Virus record (IMG/VR): IMGVR_UViG_3300009163_000037
Span: 1-59,668 of that record
DNA from: a virus
Lineage: Duplodnaviria; Caudoviricetes
Direction: 5' to 3' (one strand)
DNA length: 59,668 bases
The notes under the pieces are model-generated. The model saw nothing but the letters and a program-made list of their open reading frames with translations. It was not told where the DNA came from and ran no database searches. The position numbers were made by a program, and so were the translations under genes. Below, piece after piece: positions 47,198 through 56,935 of this stretch (its first letter is position 1; each line of letters opens with the position of its first letter).

Positions 47198-48868
47198 TTA
47201 GTTAAGTTTCAAAATAACAATACCAGAGCCGCCTGTACCACCTGTACCACTTCCAGCAGCACCACCGCCAGCACCGCCGCCTGTATTTGCAGTTCCATTT
47301 ACTCCTGCGCCTCCATTACCGCCACCGCCTGCGCCTCCTCCACCAGTACCCCCAGAACCAACTGTGCCTCCAGTATAAGTTCCTCCACCACCGCCTCCTG
47401 CGTAAGTTACAGATGAACCAGAAATAGTTGATGCAGTTCCATTACCGCCATTACCAGCAGCTCCAGATGTTCCATTTCCAGAACCACCTCCAGATGTTGC
47501 ACCGCCACCACCGCCACCACAATTAACAGCAACATATGTTCCACCATTGCCACCAGAATTACCTTGTGATGGTGATGTTGATGGAGTATTTCCAGCGGCT
47601 CCAGCAGAATAATTTGTATTTGGTGATTGATAACTAGAACCACCACCTCCAGAACCACCAGAAGCTGCAGCAGCAGTGTTAAATGATGACCCTTTTCCAC
47701 CAGCTGTTGATGTAATTGTGCTAAATACAGAATTATTACCATTAGTAGCAACTGAACCACCACTACCAACAGTAATAGTGTATGTTGTGCCTGAAGTTAC
47801 AGAAAATGCGGTTCCAGTTCTAAACCCACCAGCACCACCTCCACCAGCGGCATTTGAACCGCCGCCACCGCCACCAGCAACAACAAGATAATCAACAGAA
47901 CTAACATTTGCTGGGCATACCCAACTTGCTGTTCCTTTGAAAGTAATAATTGATTGTGCTGGAGCAGAATAAGAAATAATTACAATACCAGAACCGCCAG
48001 AACCGCCGTTTACAAAACCAGAAGAGTATCCAGAACCTCCCCCGCCGCCGCCAGTATTGACGGTTGCAGCCGTTGGAACCGCAGAAGTTGATGTTCCATT
48101 TGCGCCACCACCAGAACCACCTGTTCCCGCCGAGCCTGAATAAACATTAGTTTGCACACCCCCACCGCCACCGCCAGCGTAAGTTACGCTGCTGCCAGAA
48201 ATACTAGACGCTGTACCACTCCCGCCATTTCCTCCTGCAACATTAGGCGCTCCGACTCCAGAAGAGCCAGCATTGGTTGCACCGCCCCCACCACCACCAT
48301 TGCCCGCATTGGCTCCCGAAACAGAACTGCCCCCATTGTTTCCTTGAGATGGAGATGTGCTTGGTGTATTTCCGTTGCCAACAGCAAACCCTTGAGTACT
48401 ACCACCACCACAACCACCATCTTGACCGGCTTGATTTGAATCGCTTCCCCCTCCACCACCACCAGTAGATGTAATGGTGCTAAATACTGAGTCTGAACCT
48501 TTAGAACCTTTTGAACTTGTTGACGTTGAACCACTACCACCAGCACCAACTGTAATTGTGTAATCCGTTCCGGCAGTTACAGATAAAGAAGTACCAGTTC
48601 TAAATCCACCAGCGCCGCCGCCTCCAGCCAATCTTCCACCACCACCGCCACCACCAACTACAAGATAGTCAACAGCAGTTACACCCGTTGGACAAGTCCA
48701 TACGCTAGTAGCCGTAAATGTTTCAATAATAGTAACATTAGATAAAGGCCATGCAGCAGCTTTTAATGCCTGCATTACTTCATTGGAACGCCAAATACCA
48801 ATAGCACTACTTGACGTATTAACCGCAGCAGTAGATGAAAGGACTGAACCTTTGTAACGATCAGACAT
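47198..48868 (-). CDS. tail fibre with two tandem glycine-rich domains
   Basis: Duplicated WxCP...DYLVV.GGG...TPSTSPSQGN...GGSGIVI units. Confidence 0.8.
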   Translation of the reverse strand: MSDRYKGSVLSSTAAVNTSSSAIGIWRSNEVMQALKAAAWPLSNVTIIETFTATSVWTCPTGVTAVDYLVVGGGGGGGRLAGGGGAGGFRTGTSLSVTAGTDYTITVGAGGSGSTSTSSKGSKGSDSVFSTITSTGGGGGGSDSNQAGQDGGCGGGSTQGFAVGNGNTPSTSPSQGNNGGSSVSGANAGNGGGGGGATNAGSSGVGAPNVAGGNGGSGTASSISGSSVTYAGGGGGGVQTNVYSGSAGTGGSGGGANGTSTSAVPTAATVNTGGGGGGSGYSSGFVNGGSGGSGIVIISYSAPAQSIITFKGTASWVCPANVSSVDYLVVAGGGGGGSNAAGGGGAGGFRTGTAFSVTSGTTYTITVGSGGSVATNGNNSVFSTITSTAGGKGSSFNTAAAASGGSGGGGSSYQSPNTNYSAGAAGNTPSTSPSQGNSGGNGGTYVAVNCGGGGGGATSGGGSGNGTSGAAGNGGNGTASTISGSSVTYAGGGGGGTYTGGTVGSGGTGGGGAGGGGNGGAGVNGTANTGGGAGGGAAGSGTGGTGGSGIVILKLN

Positions 48869-49239
48869 TAGGTTATCGCCTCATACGATGCTGTCAATTC
48901 AATCGCAGAGGCCGTTCCAACAGTTACAACAATGGATTGAGCCTCACCCAAATAAAACGCTGTACTTTTGTCCGCAATAACAATTGAAGCATTGATAGGA
49001 ACTGGCACTTGATAAATCAATCTATAAGCGGTTCCACCGCCGCTTACTGCGCTATTTATTGAAACAGTAACTGTTGCGACTGAGCCTGTCACATTAGACG
49101 CAACAATGTTGTCTATCTTGTTGACAGTACCCGATGCAGGCGTAAGCGCAGTCCAAGTCGTTGCAGCAGTAGTAGACGGAATTAAATAAGATGTATTGCC
49201 GTAAACTGACGTAACGTTAACTATGTTGGGATTTGCCAT
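48868..49239 (-). CDS. conserved virion protein
   Basis: MANPNIVNV...SYEAIT. Confidence 0.75.
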   Translation of the reverse strand: MANPNIVNVTSVYGNTSYLIPSTTAATTWTALTPASGTVNKIDNIVASNVTGSVATVTVSINSAVSGGGTAYRLIYQVPVPINASIVIADKSTAFYLGEAQSIVVTVGTASAIELTASYEAIT

Positions 49240-49248
49240 TTTTATTCC

Positions 49249-50034
49249 TTAATAACCAAAAATCATCGCCATTACGATAGATTTTCCTATTGTGACGCTA
49301 CCAGCAGCGGTGACAGTGACATTGATTGCGTCTACAGTATCACCAACACCAGCAGCAATACCTAACGTAATTGTTGTTCCATCTGTTGCTGTGTAGTCTG
49401 TAGTAGACAAGAACACGCCGTTTATATACATCTGCAAGTAACCGGGTGTATAGGCTGCTGAAAACACTGTTTGTCCAGCAGTCGCCGTAAATGATGTTCT
49501 TGTGTAAGCACCAGAGTTAAACGCAGCGGCCTCAACAATATCACCTACACCCGCTGCAACCGATAATGTAAATCCTGTTCCGCTTGTTGCTGTGTAATCA
49601 GATGTTGCCAACAATACGCCGTTAAGGAAAACCTGCAAAGCATCAACTGTGTAATTTACTGTGAAGGCTGTTTGCCCAGCAGTAGCGGTAAATGTGGTGC
49701 GGACATAAGTAGTATTCCCGCTGCTAAAAGCGGCAACTGCTGCTGGGTAAGTACAAAATACGTCTTTGGTTCCGGCGCTAAATGATACTAAAGAGCCGCT
49801 ATTGGAGGAAGACAATACCGTTGTGCGGGAGAGCGTTGTGCCTGATGCGGTGTAAGTGCCGGTGCCGACTTCCCACTCCGAGCCTGTCTGGCCTGCAATG
49901 GTGTAATAGGTAGAGTTGCCATCCCCAATTGCGGAGAATCCTTGGAATCCTGTACTCGCGCCAGCAAGGGTTACCGTCCCTGTACCAGTCGTTGTGGTAG
50001 TTTCCTTTACCCTGTCTTTTACTACAAGCGCCAT
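49249..50034 (-). CDS. fibre/baseplate-like protein with two internal repeats
   Basis: DRVKETTTTTGTG N-terminus; two FTATAGQT.F...V..NGV.L...DYTAT units. Confidence 0.75.
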   Translation of the reverse strand: MALVVKDRVKETTTTTGTGTVTLAGASTGFQGFSAIGDGNSTYYTIAGQTGSEWEVGTGTYTASGTTLSRTTVLSSSNSGSLVSFSAGTKDVFCTYPAAVAAFSSGNTTYVRTTFTATAGQTAFTVNYTVDALQVFLNGVLLATSDYTATSGTGFTLSVAAGVGDIVEAAAFNSGAYTRTSFTATAGQTVFSAAYTPGYLQMYINGVFLSTTDYTATDGTTITLGIAAGVGDTVDAINVTVTAAGSVTIGKSIVMAMIFGY

Positions 50035-50043
50035 ATTTAGTCC

Positions 50044-50970
50044 TTAAACCGCCGTGTCAATTAGCTGCCAACCCGATGTTTGGTCGTCATCTATAAGCTG
50101 CCACCCAGACGATTGTGAATCATCTATATTTTGCCAGTTTGGAGTCTGGCTGTCATCTATTATCAACCAGTTAACCGGGACAACTGAGCCTACCGCCCCC
50201 ATTGCCTGACAGCCCGTCAGAGCTACCAACCGATCACCAACCGATATATTACCTACTGCCCCGGCGGCTGCAACGCCTGTAATGTTTGCGTTTACAAATC
50301 CGGCTACTTGAATTGTCCCAACATTGGCGGTTGCATTAACTCCTGTCAGGGCCGCGCTGCGTGTATAAACAACCGTACCAGCCTGACCTGCTGCGCTGAC
50401 TCCCGTCAATGCAACTGTAACACCACCGTTTGTAACTGATCCTACCGAGCCGGTCGCCGCATTGCCTGTCAGCGGTATGGTATTTACTGGAGAAACAGTG
50501 CCTACGATGCCTGCTGCCGCTACTCCGGTAATTGCAATGCTGCGCTCTGCAACCGAAACCGTTCCTACTGAACCATCGGCCTGTACACCTGTTAACGCAT
50601 TTGGCGTACTAAATACTACAGTGCCAACATCACCTGCCGCAGATACCCCGGACAGAGCGACTGACGTATTGGGTGTTGCTGTGCCAACCTGTCCCGCCGC
50701 TGATACACCTGTCAGGGCTAATTGATTGCTTGGGGTTACTGTCCCAACAGACCCCGAACTATCTACCCCGGTGATTGCCTGAGTAAGCGCGGGTGTAACT
50801 GCTCCAACTTGTCCGTCCGCCGATACCCCTGTTAACGCTATCGTTATGCTTGGGGTAGGTGTATCCACCGCTCCCGATGCCTGAACACCTGTAAGCGTTA
50901 TGCCCGCAGTCGCCTGCCCCGGAAGAGCGGAGAACGGCGCTTCGGAGAAGGCGGTTATGCCGTACAGCAT
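50044..50970 (-). CDS. repetitive virion appendage protein (LTGVxAxGxVGxV repeats)
   Basis: About twelve ~20-aa repeats; C-terminal WQ.IDD repeats. Confidence 0.75.
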   Translation of the reverse strand: MLYGITAFSEAPFSALPGQATAGITLTGVQASGAVDTPTPSITIALTGVSADGQVGAVTPALTQAITGVDSSGSVGTVTPSNQLALTGVSAAGQVGTATPNTSVALSGVSAAGDVGTVVFSTPNALTGVQADGSVGTVSVAERSIAITGVAAAGIVGTVSPVNTIPLTGNAATGSVGSVTNGGVTVALTGVSAAGQAGTVVYTRSAALTGVNATANVGTIQVAGFVNANITGVAAAGAVGNISVGDRLVALTGCQAMGAVGSVVPVNWLIIDDSQTPNWQNIDDSQSSGWQLIDDDQTSGWQLIDTAV

Positions 50971-51001
50971 GGCTACACCAGCGGTTTACACCGCTTGGCC
51001 C

Positions 51002-51460
51002 TTATGTTGTAGCCAGACGCAGCAGGGCAGTCGTCGTAGTATTTGACGGCATAGTCAGCGTAAACGTACCGGCAGTTACAGTCTGTGAACCAAAGGTGTG
51101 GACGCTAACTGCTTTGTTGGATGCCGAAGAGTTATAAATCAAAACCGTGTCAAAAGCGGTAGACAACGTAACAGTTGTATATACAAGTGACGCCGATGGT
51201 GTCCAGTACCCGACGCCCGCCGTTGTGGACGAGTTAGTGGATGATGGCGATGTGCCATTGGTTACTGTAACGCCGCCTGCCGTGTAGTTTGTTCCTGTCA
51301 CTTCACCAGTTGCCGAATAAGCCGTGGTAGATGCATTGAGCGTTGCCGAAGCCAAATACAAAGCTGCTTTAAATGTATTGCCCGTACTGGTGGTGAAGTT
51401 GTGCGTAGCTGTCAGCAGTTCGCCCATGAACGAAGTGCACATTGCTTGAGTGTTTGCCAT
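51002..51460 (-). CDS. virion structural protein (paralog of 51658-52074)
   Basis: SF..EL....H, ALY.ASA.L.A.TT.YS.T.EV..T.YTAGG. Confidence 0.75.
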   Translation of the reverse strand: MANTQAMCTSFMGELLTATHNFTTSTGNTFKAALYLASATLNASTTAYSATGEVTGTNYTAGGVTVTNGTSPSSTNSSTTAGVGYWTPSASLVYTTVTLSTAFDTVLIYNSSASNKAVSVHTFGSQTVTAGTFTLTMPSNTTTTALLRLATT

Positions 51461-51469
51461 GATATTTCC

Positions 51470-51661
51470 TTATGCGAATTGTGCTGCTTCTGCAAACAGC
51501 GCGGGGGAGGTTTTTAATCGAACGTGCGCTGAGCGATGAACCAATTCACCATCTAACCAGTACTCTGTCCACGTTGTGTATTCAATGTCATTATCTAAGG
51601 AGCCTTCTCGCTTTTCAAGCAAGGAATCGTCCATATCGCCTTTGGTGGTGGTAACGATCAA
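51470..51661 (-). CDS. small conserved protein
   Basis: TTKGDMD...EYWLDGELVHRSAHV. Confidence 0.7.
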   Translation of the reverse strand: MIVTTTKGDMDDSLLEKREGSLDNDIEYTTWTEYWLDGELVHRSAHVRLKTSPALFAEAAQFA

Positions 51662-52074
51662 TTTGAACTCCTTATGAGGGCAGTGGTAGAGGTATTACTG
51701 GGCATTGTGATTGTAAACGTGGTGGTCGATGTTTTGTCAGAGCCAAAGTCCAATACGGCAATAGACTTGTTGCCTTGGGTCACGTTGTAAATCAGAGCGC
51801 ACCGCGCCGTCAAAGCAGAAGTCCAAGACACGTTTGCCCAGTTGACGTAGGCGGTGTAGCCGTCCGTATTGATAGCTACCCCAGTCATAATCTTCCCGCC
51901 AGCCGTGTAACCGGTAGCTACAACTTCATTGGTGCTGGAGTAGATCGTAGTCGCTGCGTTTAAGTTAGCAGAAGCTGTGTACAAGGCAATATAGATTGTG
52001 TCCGTGGACAAATCGTGGACGCCTTGATATAGCTCCTTTTTGAAGCTGGTGGTCTGGGTCTGGACAATAGACAT
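51658..52074 (-). CDS. virion structural protein (paralog of 51002-51460)
   Basis: Same motif set. Confidence 0.75.
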   Translation of the reverse strand: MSIVQTQTTSFKKELYQGVHDLSTDTIYIALYTASANLNAATTIYSSTNEVVATGYTAGGKIMTGVAINTDGYTAYVNWANVSWTSALTARCALIYNVTQGNKSIAVLDFGSDKTSTTTFTITMPSNTSTTALIRSSN

Positions 52075-52742
52075 TAACTGACCTCAACCCTAAGCTGGCC
52101 GCTGCGATAAGCATCCTGGCGCTCCAGGCCATCGCCCAGGCGTTTAGCAAGCGCAATAGCTTGTGTATATTTTTGGTTGTAAAGAGCCATCATGTCGGCT
52201 TCACCTTTCATGTAGGTGTAAGCTTCAACCAAAGATCCATACAACAAAACCGAATCAAAGTTATCGCCTAACCAAGTCTGACCACTGGAAACGGTAGTAA
52301 TGGACTCGGGGTAATAGTAGTAATGCAGCTCAGCTGAATACGTCGTATCTGGCGTGGGGCCAATGATAAATGTCAACTCATTGCTAATAGTGCTACCCGA
52401 AACTGCTGGGCCAAACAATCCGTAGTATTTAGGCGTGCCAGTAGACGTAGGGTTTGGATATGCTTCACGCATGAAGTTCACATCTTTGTTGAGCAAGTAT
52501 GTGTAACTTCCACCACCATAAGGAAAAATTGCCAATGAATATGGCGCAAGAAAATCGGTAGGGCAAGCCAAGTATTTATTGTTTGCCGTAAGATTTCCCG
52601 TCACGTTTTTACGCAACGATGGAAACTGTACCATGTTATAGATGCGCTGCTCTGCCTGTGTAATAAACAGGTTTACATCCACCGTTTGAAAGGTGTTCTC
52701 CGTGTAATCGGAAATCGCAACTACAAGTGCAGCGTAGTTCAT
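52074..52742 (-). CDS. head-tail adaptor protein
   Basis: FITQAEQRI, GTPKYY, GPTPD..Y..EL.Y, LLYGSLVEAY. Confidence 0.75.
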   Translation of the reverse strand: MNYAALVVAISDYTENTFQTVDVNLFITQAEQRIYNMVQFPSLRKNVTGNLTANNKYLACPTDFLAPYSLAIFPYGGGSYTYLLNKDVNFMREAYPNPTSTGTPKYYGLFGPAVSGSTISNELTFIIGPTPDTTYSAELHYYYYPESITTVSSGQTWLGDNFDSVLLYGSLVEAYTYMKGEADMMALYNQKYTQAIALAKRLGDGLERQDAYRSGQLRVEVS

Positions 52743-53002
52743 GCCATCGGGCCTCTCGACATCACGCCTTTAGTGGCTGCACCAGCACCACGCATTTTGA
52801 TGCCGGTAGTTTTTGCAGGAGCAGCACGCTTATTGCTAAAGCTATTTACACTCATGTTTAAAGTGTCTGGGTTGCTCATGTTTGGGCCTTCACCAGGGTT
52901 ATCTTTAACCGTGACTGCTTTGCCTGACATAGTGTGGGGCTTGGCATAAGTTGACGCACTGCCAACTTCTTTGCCCATCATTTTTTTGCTAAACGTAGCC
53001 AT
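52739..53002 (-). CDS. small basic protein (RGAGAATKG motif)
   Basis: K/M/G-rich. Confidence 0.7.
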   Translation of the reverse strand: MATFSKKMMGKEVGSASTYAKPHTMSGKAVTVKDNPGEGPNMSNPDTLNMSVNSFSNKRAAPAKTTGIKMRGAGAATKGVMSRGPMA

Positions 53003-53003
53003 A

Positions 53004-53201
53004 TTAACCTCGCGAAGATTTACGTTGGTTCATAACCTTAGCCATGCCGCGCCCAAGGGTGCGCATTTGCATATTAGTTTTGCCGCCTTTAGCCAACTTT
53101 AAAGCCGTTCCTTTGCCGCCTTTATGCTCTTGAGCATCGTGCTGCTTAAACGCTTTTTTGATCATAGCTTTGTCTTGGGCCAAATCAGATTTTTCCATCA
53201 T
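53004..53201 (-). CDS. small basic protein with LAKGG motif
   Basis: K/M/G-rich. Confidence 0.7.
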   Translation of the reverse strand: MMEKSDLAQDKAMIKKAFKQHDAQEHKGGKGTALKLAKGGKTNMQMRTLGRGMAKVMNQRKSSRG

Positions 53202-53207
53202 TTACTC

Positions 53208-53615
53208 CTAAGTAACCGTAACTGTACCAACATTTGTCGTTGCCACCAAGTAATTTGGCGTTAAAGACGCATCAAAACTACTAGCTCCACCCACTGGGGC
53301 CCAGCCCCACTGAATATCTCGCGAACCACCCGTAGGATTGCCGCCATTTCCTGTAGCCGTCAACTGAAGCCCATTCAAACCAGCGGCCACATAAGTTGTG
53401 TCTGGCCGGGGCTGGTAAACAGCCTGGGGGTCATTCACAGGATACATACCCAACTGTAACTGGGGCTGGTCAGGATCCCAGCACGCTTCACAAACTTTTA
53501 GCTGATAGAGTTTAGTCTTGATGACCTCAATCTTCAGCTGCTTTAACTTAAAACGCTGTCCGCACCGGTCACATTCGGCAATTGAATATTTGCCTGATGC
53601 ATAGGGTGAAGTCAT
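53208..53615 (-). CDS. Zn-finger virion-module protein
   Basis: CDRCG...VCEACWD..QPQL...DPQA...PRPD. Confidence 0.75.
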   Translation of the reverse strand: MTSPYASGKYSIAECDRCGQRFKLKQLKIEVIKTKLYQLKVCEACWDPDQPQLQLGMYPVNDPQAVYQPRPDTTYVAAGLNGLQLTATGNGGNPTGGSRDIQWGWAPVGGASSFDASLTPNYLVATTNVGTVTVT

Positions 53616-54547
53616 TACATACCACCTCCGCCAATAAACGACTGGCGCGGAACCAGACGCAAAGTGGCTTTCTCATGGTCTTCACCAGCGGCTAACTTAT
53701 ATTGCTCCTCATACACTGCTTTGAGCATATCCAGGCGCCCTTGCAGCTCTGGAACTTTCATGGCAATGTAGTAGGCTAAGCCAGCTGTAACGGCGGGCAA
53801 AAACCGGAAATTCATGTCGGCGGTCTCAACGCCAGAGCCGGCATTTTGAATACGGCGCAAACGGTAGTACACAAACTGGTAAGTCTGTGAGCCGTCAGGT
53901 GTAGGCCAAACTGTAACAGCGGGCAGCTGCGGCACATAAACAGCAACTCCGGATGTATGAGCTGCTGCTGTTGTATTGTTTTGACCCCTAAACACTCCAC
54001 CAAGGGTATTCCCTGATATGTAGGTGTAATAGATGTCTTCAGTATCCAAGCGAATAAATCCAGACCCGGCTAACCCAACCACCGTGTTAAGCGTGATCGT
54101 GTCGGACGTTGATGTAATTGTGGATGCAAGAGTGGAACTGGTAGGATTAGTTTCCCCTGAAAGCCTTTGTATCCAAACTTGAATAGGACGGCCCTGGGTA
54201 AGTTTATTGGGAATAGTCGCATAGGTAGAAACACTAATGCGAGTAATACTAAGATCAGACTGGGTAGAAGCAACATTGGGCTGAGTGCGAATAACGTGAT
54301 CAAGTAGGTCAATGGTGTCTGTAGGAAGTGCATAGGTGTTCAATCCTTGAGTCAAGGTGATAGTACCTGTCTCAATTGTCCACATATTGAGACCACGATT
54401 AGCCCACTCAATTGTCATTAGGTTAAGAGAGCGGCGGGCAGTGCGCAAATCGTAACCCGACCGCATCTCGCGGCCAGCCCTCTCCCACGCCTCTTCAGCG
54501 AGTTCCGTAAACTCAAGATTAAAAGACGTAGACCCAGTTGTTGTCAT
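53615..54547 (-). CDS. head-tail adaptor/tail tubular protein with an inserted beta domain
   Basis: TARRSLNL..EWANRGLN.W, GRP.Q, VWPTPD, GLAYY. Confidence 0.75.
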   Translation of the reverse strand: MTTTGSTSFNLEFTELAEEAWERAGREMRSGYDLRTARRSLNLMTIEWANRGLNMWTIETGTITLTQGLNTYALPTDTIDLLDHVIRTQPNVASTQSDLSITRISVSTYATIPNKLTQGRPIQVWIQRLSGETNPTSSTLASTITSTSDTITLNTVVGLAGSGFIRLDTEDIYYTYISGNTLGGVFRGQNNTTAAAHTSGVAVYVPQLPAVTVWPTPDGSQTYQFVYYRLRRIQNAGSGVETADMNFRFLPAVTAGLAYYIAMKVPELQGRLDMLKAVYEEQYKLAAGEDHEKATLRLVPRQSFIGGGGM

Positions 54548-55779
54548 GGCCGATTCCGTTGTTGAAGCATACTAATCAATGCATCTAATGAATTGGAATT
54601 TTGCGCATTACTTGGCGATGCTTTTGGAGAGCCTGGTAAACCTCCTGTAAGGCCGCCACCAAGACTTCCTCCAAAGCCTCCTGCACCCAATGAGCCACCA
54701 GTTGCTGCGGGGGCTTGTCCAAGACCGCCTAAAAGACTCATTAAATTAGAAGGCGTGCTATATCCTGCGTTATAGCCTTGATCGTAAGCCGGTTGTGGCA
54801 TTACTGAATATGGCTGTTGAGTTGCAGCAATAGGAACTGGTTCTGGATATTGCGGGGCAAGTGGATAAGGCGCATCCAAATCAGGAGTATTAAAATCACG
54901 CAAAGTGAATGCGGACTCAATGGTTGGTGGCGTTGGTAGCGGACGTACATCTGAATCCATAGGCTTACTTGGGCCTGTTTTTGCTCCAAGCACATTCCCA
55001 GATTTATCAACCATAGCGCCATCTTTAGCGCGCTGGTAAACGCCTGGCATCCCTGGAATTGGAGTTGCTATCAATACTTTTTTATATCCTTCACCGTTTC
55101 CTTGGAAAACGTAATCATATATAGGTTGATTAATGCCATAAGTTGCATCATTTATAGCTTTTTGTTCTGGCGTATAACTATCAATTGGTTCCCCGTTGTA
55201 ACCTATTTTTGTAATAGTGCCATCTGGATTAACGCGATTTGTATACCCCAAAGGCTCTGGGCGTTGGTCTACTTGAGGGGTTGGGCCATAATCAAAAGGG
55301 CCACGATCAAAATCTTCTTTATAGCGATAATCTTGAGGAACTGGAGGAACTGGGCGTGGATCTTCTTTATAGCGCATATCTTGAGGCTGCACTACCTGAG
55401 GGGTTGGGCGTGGTTCATTAGTTCCAGTAGGAACACCAGGCTGTCCTACTTGAGGAGTATCCATAGGCGTATATGTTCCATAAGGATCAGGTATTGCATA
55501 CCCCATGCCACTTGCCATTTGCGGAGGTGGTGGCGTTGTACCTTGAGGCTGGCTTTGTGCTTGAACCATACGCAAAATTTGTTCAATAGCACTTGGATCA
55601 ATACCTTGATTTTGCGACGCATCTTCCTGCGGATTGTATTGGTCGCTAATATTGCCGCCTTTTGCGTATTTTTTTACAGCATCACGCAAGCTCATAGGCT
55701 TTCGCGTCATTGGCGTCATGTTGGGATTAGGGCCGGCAACGGGAGCGTCGCGTTGGGTCAGGCGGTTGTAGATACTCAT
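54544..55779 (-). CDS. Pro/Gln-rich, likely disordered protein with YAKGG motif
   Basis: 411 aa; internal TPQV and RYKED repeats. Confidence 0.65.
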   Translation of the reverse strand: MSIYNRLTQRDAPVAGPNPNMTPMTRKPMSLRDAVKKYAKGGNISDQYNPQEDASQNQGIDPSAIEQILRMVQAQSQPQGTTPPPPQMASGMGYAIPDPYGTYTPMDTPQVGQPGVPTGTNEPRPTPQVVQPQDMRYKEDPRPVPPVPQDYRYKEDFDRGPFDYGPTPQVDQRPEPLGYTNRVNPDGTITKIGYNGEPIDSYTPEQKAINDATYGINQPIYDYVFQGNGEGYKKVLIATPIPGMPGVYQRAKDGAMVDKSGNVLGAKTGPSKPMDSDVRPLPTPPTIESAFTLRDFNTPDLDAPYPLAPQYPEPVPIAATQQPYSVMPQPAYDQGYNAGYSTPSNLMSLLGGLGQAPAATGGSLGAGGFGGSLGGGLTGGLPGSPKASPSNAQNSNSLDALISMLQQRNRP

Positions 55780-55781
55780 GA

Positions 55782-55952
55782 TTAATCCTTAAATTTAGAT
55801 TTTTTACGCTTGCGTTTAACTGTATCAGTGATCAAGTTGACTTCTCCACCGCCAGCGTATTGAGTAAAGTCAGTGTTGTCCCTACGCTTTTTCCTGACGC
55901 CTTTGGGCATCTTATCAGGACTAATAGCTCCCATGCCGCGACTTGCAATCAT
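55782..55952 (-). CDS. 56-aa basic protein (MIASRGMGAI...YAGGG...)
   Basis: Manual translation; ATGA overlap. Confidence 0.65.
   Translation of the reverse strand: MIASRGMGAISPDKMPKGVRKKRRDNTDFTQYAGGGEVNLITDTVKRKRKKSKFKD
55818..55838. promoter_or_regulatory. copy of 21-bp palindromic motif
   Basis: aactgtatcagtgatcaagtt. Confidence 0.7.
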
Positions 55953-56107
55953 TTTGCAGCTCTCATGTTGTCAACCAGGTTTGGGTACGGACGGCCGGCC
56001 GCTTTAGCCGCAGCTTTGGCTTTGGCTTTTTTAGCGGGAGTCAAAGCTTTAGGTTTACCAAGACTTTTTGGCCTTGGCTTGTCCCATACTTGCTTAGCCG
56101 CAGCCAT
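55949..56107 (-). CDS. 52-aa Lys/Ala-rich protein
   Basis: Manual translation MAAAKQVWDKPRPK...AGRPYPNLVDNMRAAK. Confidence 0.7.
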   Translation of the reverse strand: MAAAKQVWDKPRPKSLGKPKALTPAKKAKAKAAAKAAGRPYPNLVDNMRAAK

Positions 56108-56108
56108 G

Positions 56109-56303
56109 TCACACCATCTTTCCGCGAGTCAAGCCGCGAGTAGCGCAACCATCAGCCTTGCGAACATAACCACCCTTAGCAAATGCTTCAGTAGACTCAT
56201 CCATCATGGAATCATCCATAGCTTTTGGTTTAGGTTGCTTTTTAGGCTTCTTAACCGGCTCATCCACAGGGGTGTAGTCGGGGTATTTTGGATCTTTAGC
56301 CAT
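56109..56303 (-). CDS. small basic protein (FAKGG...ADG.A.RG.T.G motif)
   Basis: AAGGA SD; motif shared with next gene. Confidence 0.7.
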   Translation of the reverse strand: MAKDPKYPDYTPVDEPVKKPKKQPKPKAMDDSMMDESTEAFAKGGYVRKADGCATRGLTRGKMV

Positions 56304-56312
56304 GACAATTCC

Positions 56313-56699
56313 TTAGCAGGACATTCCGCCCTTGTTCATCTTAACAATGGTTCCCTTGGTTTTGCCACGGGATGCAATGCCATCAGCACGCTTAGAGGCA
56401 GAGCCGCCGCCGGCCATTTTTGTCATGCCGCCTTTTTTCATGCCCATCATTTGCATACGATCCATAGCCATATCCTTTTTGGAGCCTTCTTTCATGCCGC
56501 GTTTTTCAACGTCTTTGCCCATTTTTTCAAATTTGCCCATTTTTGTAGCCATATCACCACCTTTAGAGAATTTGCGGCCCTTGTCCGCGTTGGAAAAATC
56601 TTTGCCCACGGATTGCGGGACTCCAGCCTTCTTGGCAAACGATGGCGAGTGTGCTATCGCTTCCATGAAATTGTGTTGTTTTTTGCTAACCGATGGCAC
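56313..56699 (-). CDS. basic Met/Lys/Gly-rich protein with four xxxGG motifs
   Basis: FSKGG, MKKGG, MAGGG, MNKGG; GTG start. Confidence 0.7.
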   Translation of the reverse strand: MPSVSKKQHNFMEAIAHSPSFAKKAGVPQSVGKDFSNADKGRKFSKGGDMATKMGKFEKMGKDVEKRGMKEGSKKDMAMDRMQMMGMKKGGMTKMAGGGSASKRADGIASRGKTKGTIVKMNKGGMSC

Positions 56700-56934
56700 T
56701 GCGTTGCTCCTTCATAAAAGCATCCAGCTTCTCATCCAGGCGGTCAAGCCTGGCTAAAACGCGGTTAATGTCAGCGTGCATATCATTCTTGTTGACAAAC
56801 TTTTCCGCGTGTTCTTCACGGGTTTTGCTAAGAAGAATGCTAATGCGTTTCACTTCATCGTGAGAAACTTTTACCCACAACAACAAAGCTGCTGATATAA
56901 AAGAAAGAATGGCATTCCAAACAGGCAAGTCCAT
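56686..56934 (-). CDS. N-terminal TM plus coiled-coil protein
   Basis: WNAILSFISAALLLW; TREE...DRLDEKLD. Confidence 0.7.
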   Translation of the reverse strand: MDLPVWNAILSFISAALLLWVKVSHDEVKRISILLSKTREEHAEKFVNKNDMHADINRVLARLDRLDEKLDAFMKEQRSAIG

Positions 56935-56935
56935 A

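Noticed and set aside
47198-48868. Duplicated Gly-rich domains as DGR template/variable repeats
   Set aside because: No reverse transcriptase; differences are not adenine-restricted
55860-56717. 285-aa plus-strand ORF (also 55102-55785 and 41443-42120)
   Set aside because: Antisense to well-supported, tightly coupled minus-strand genes
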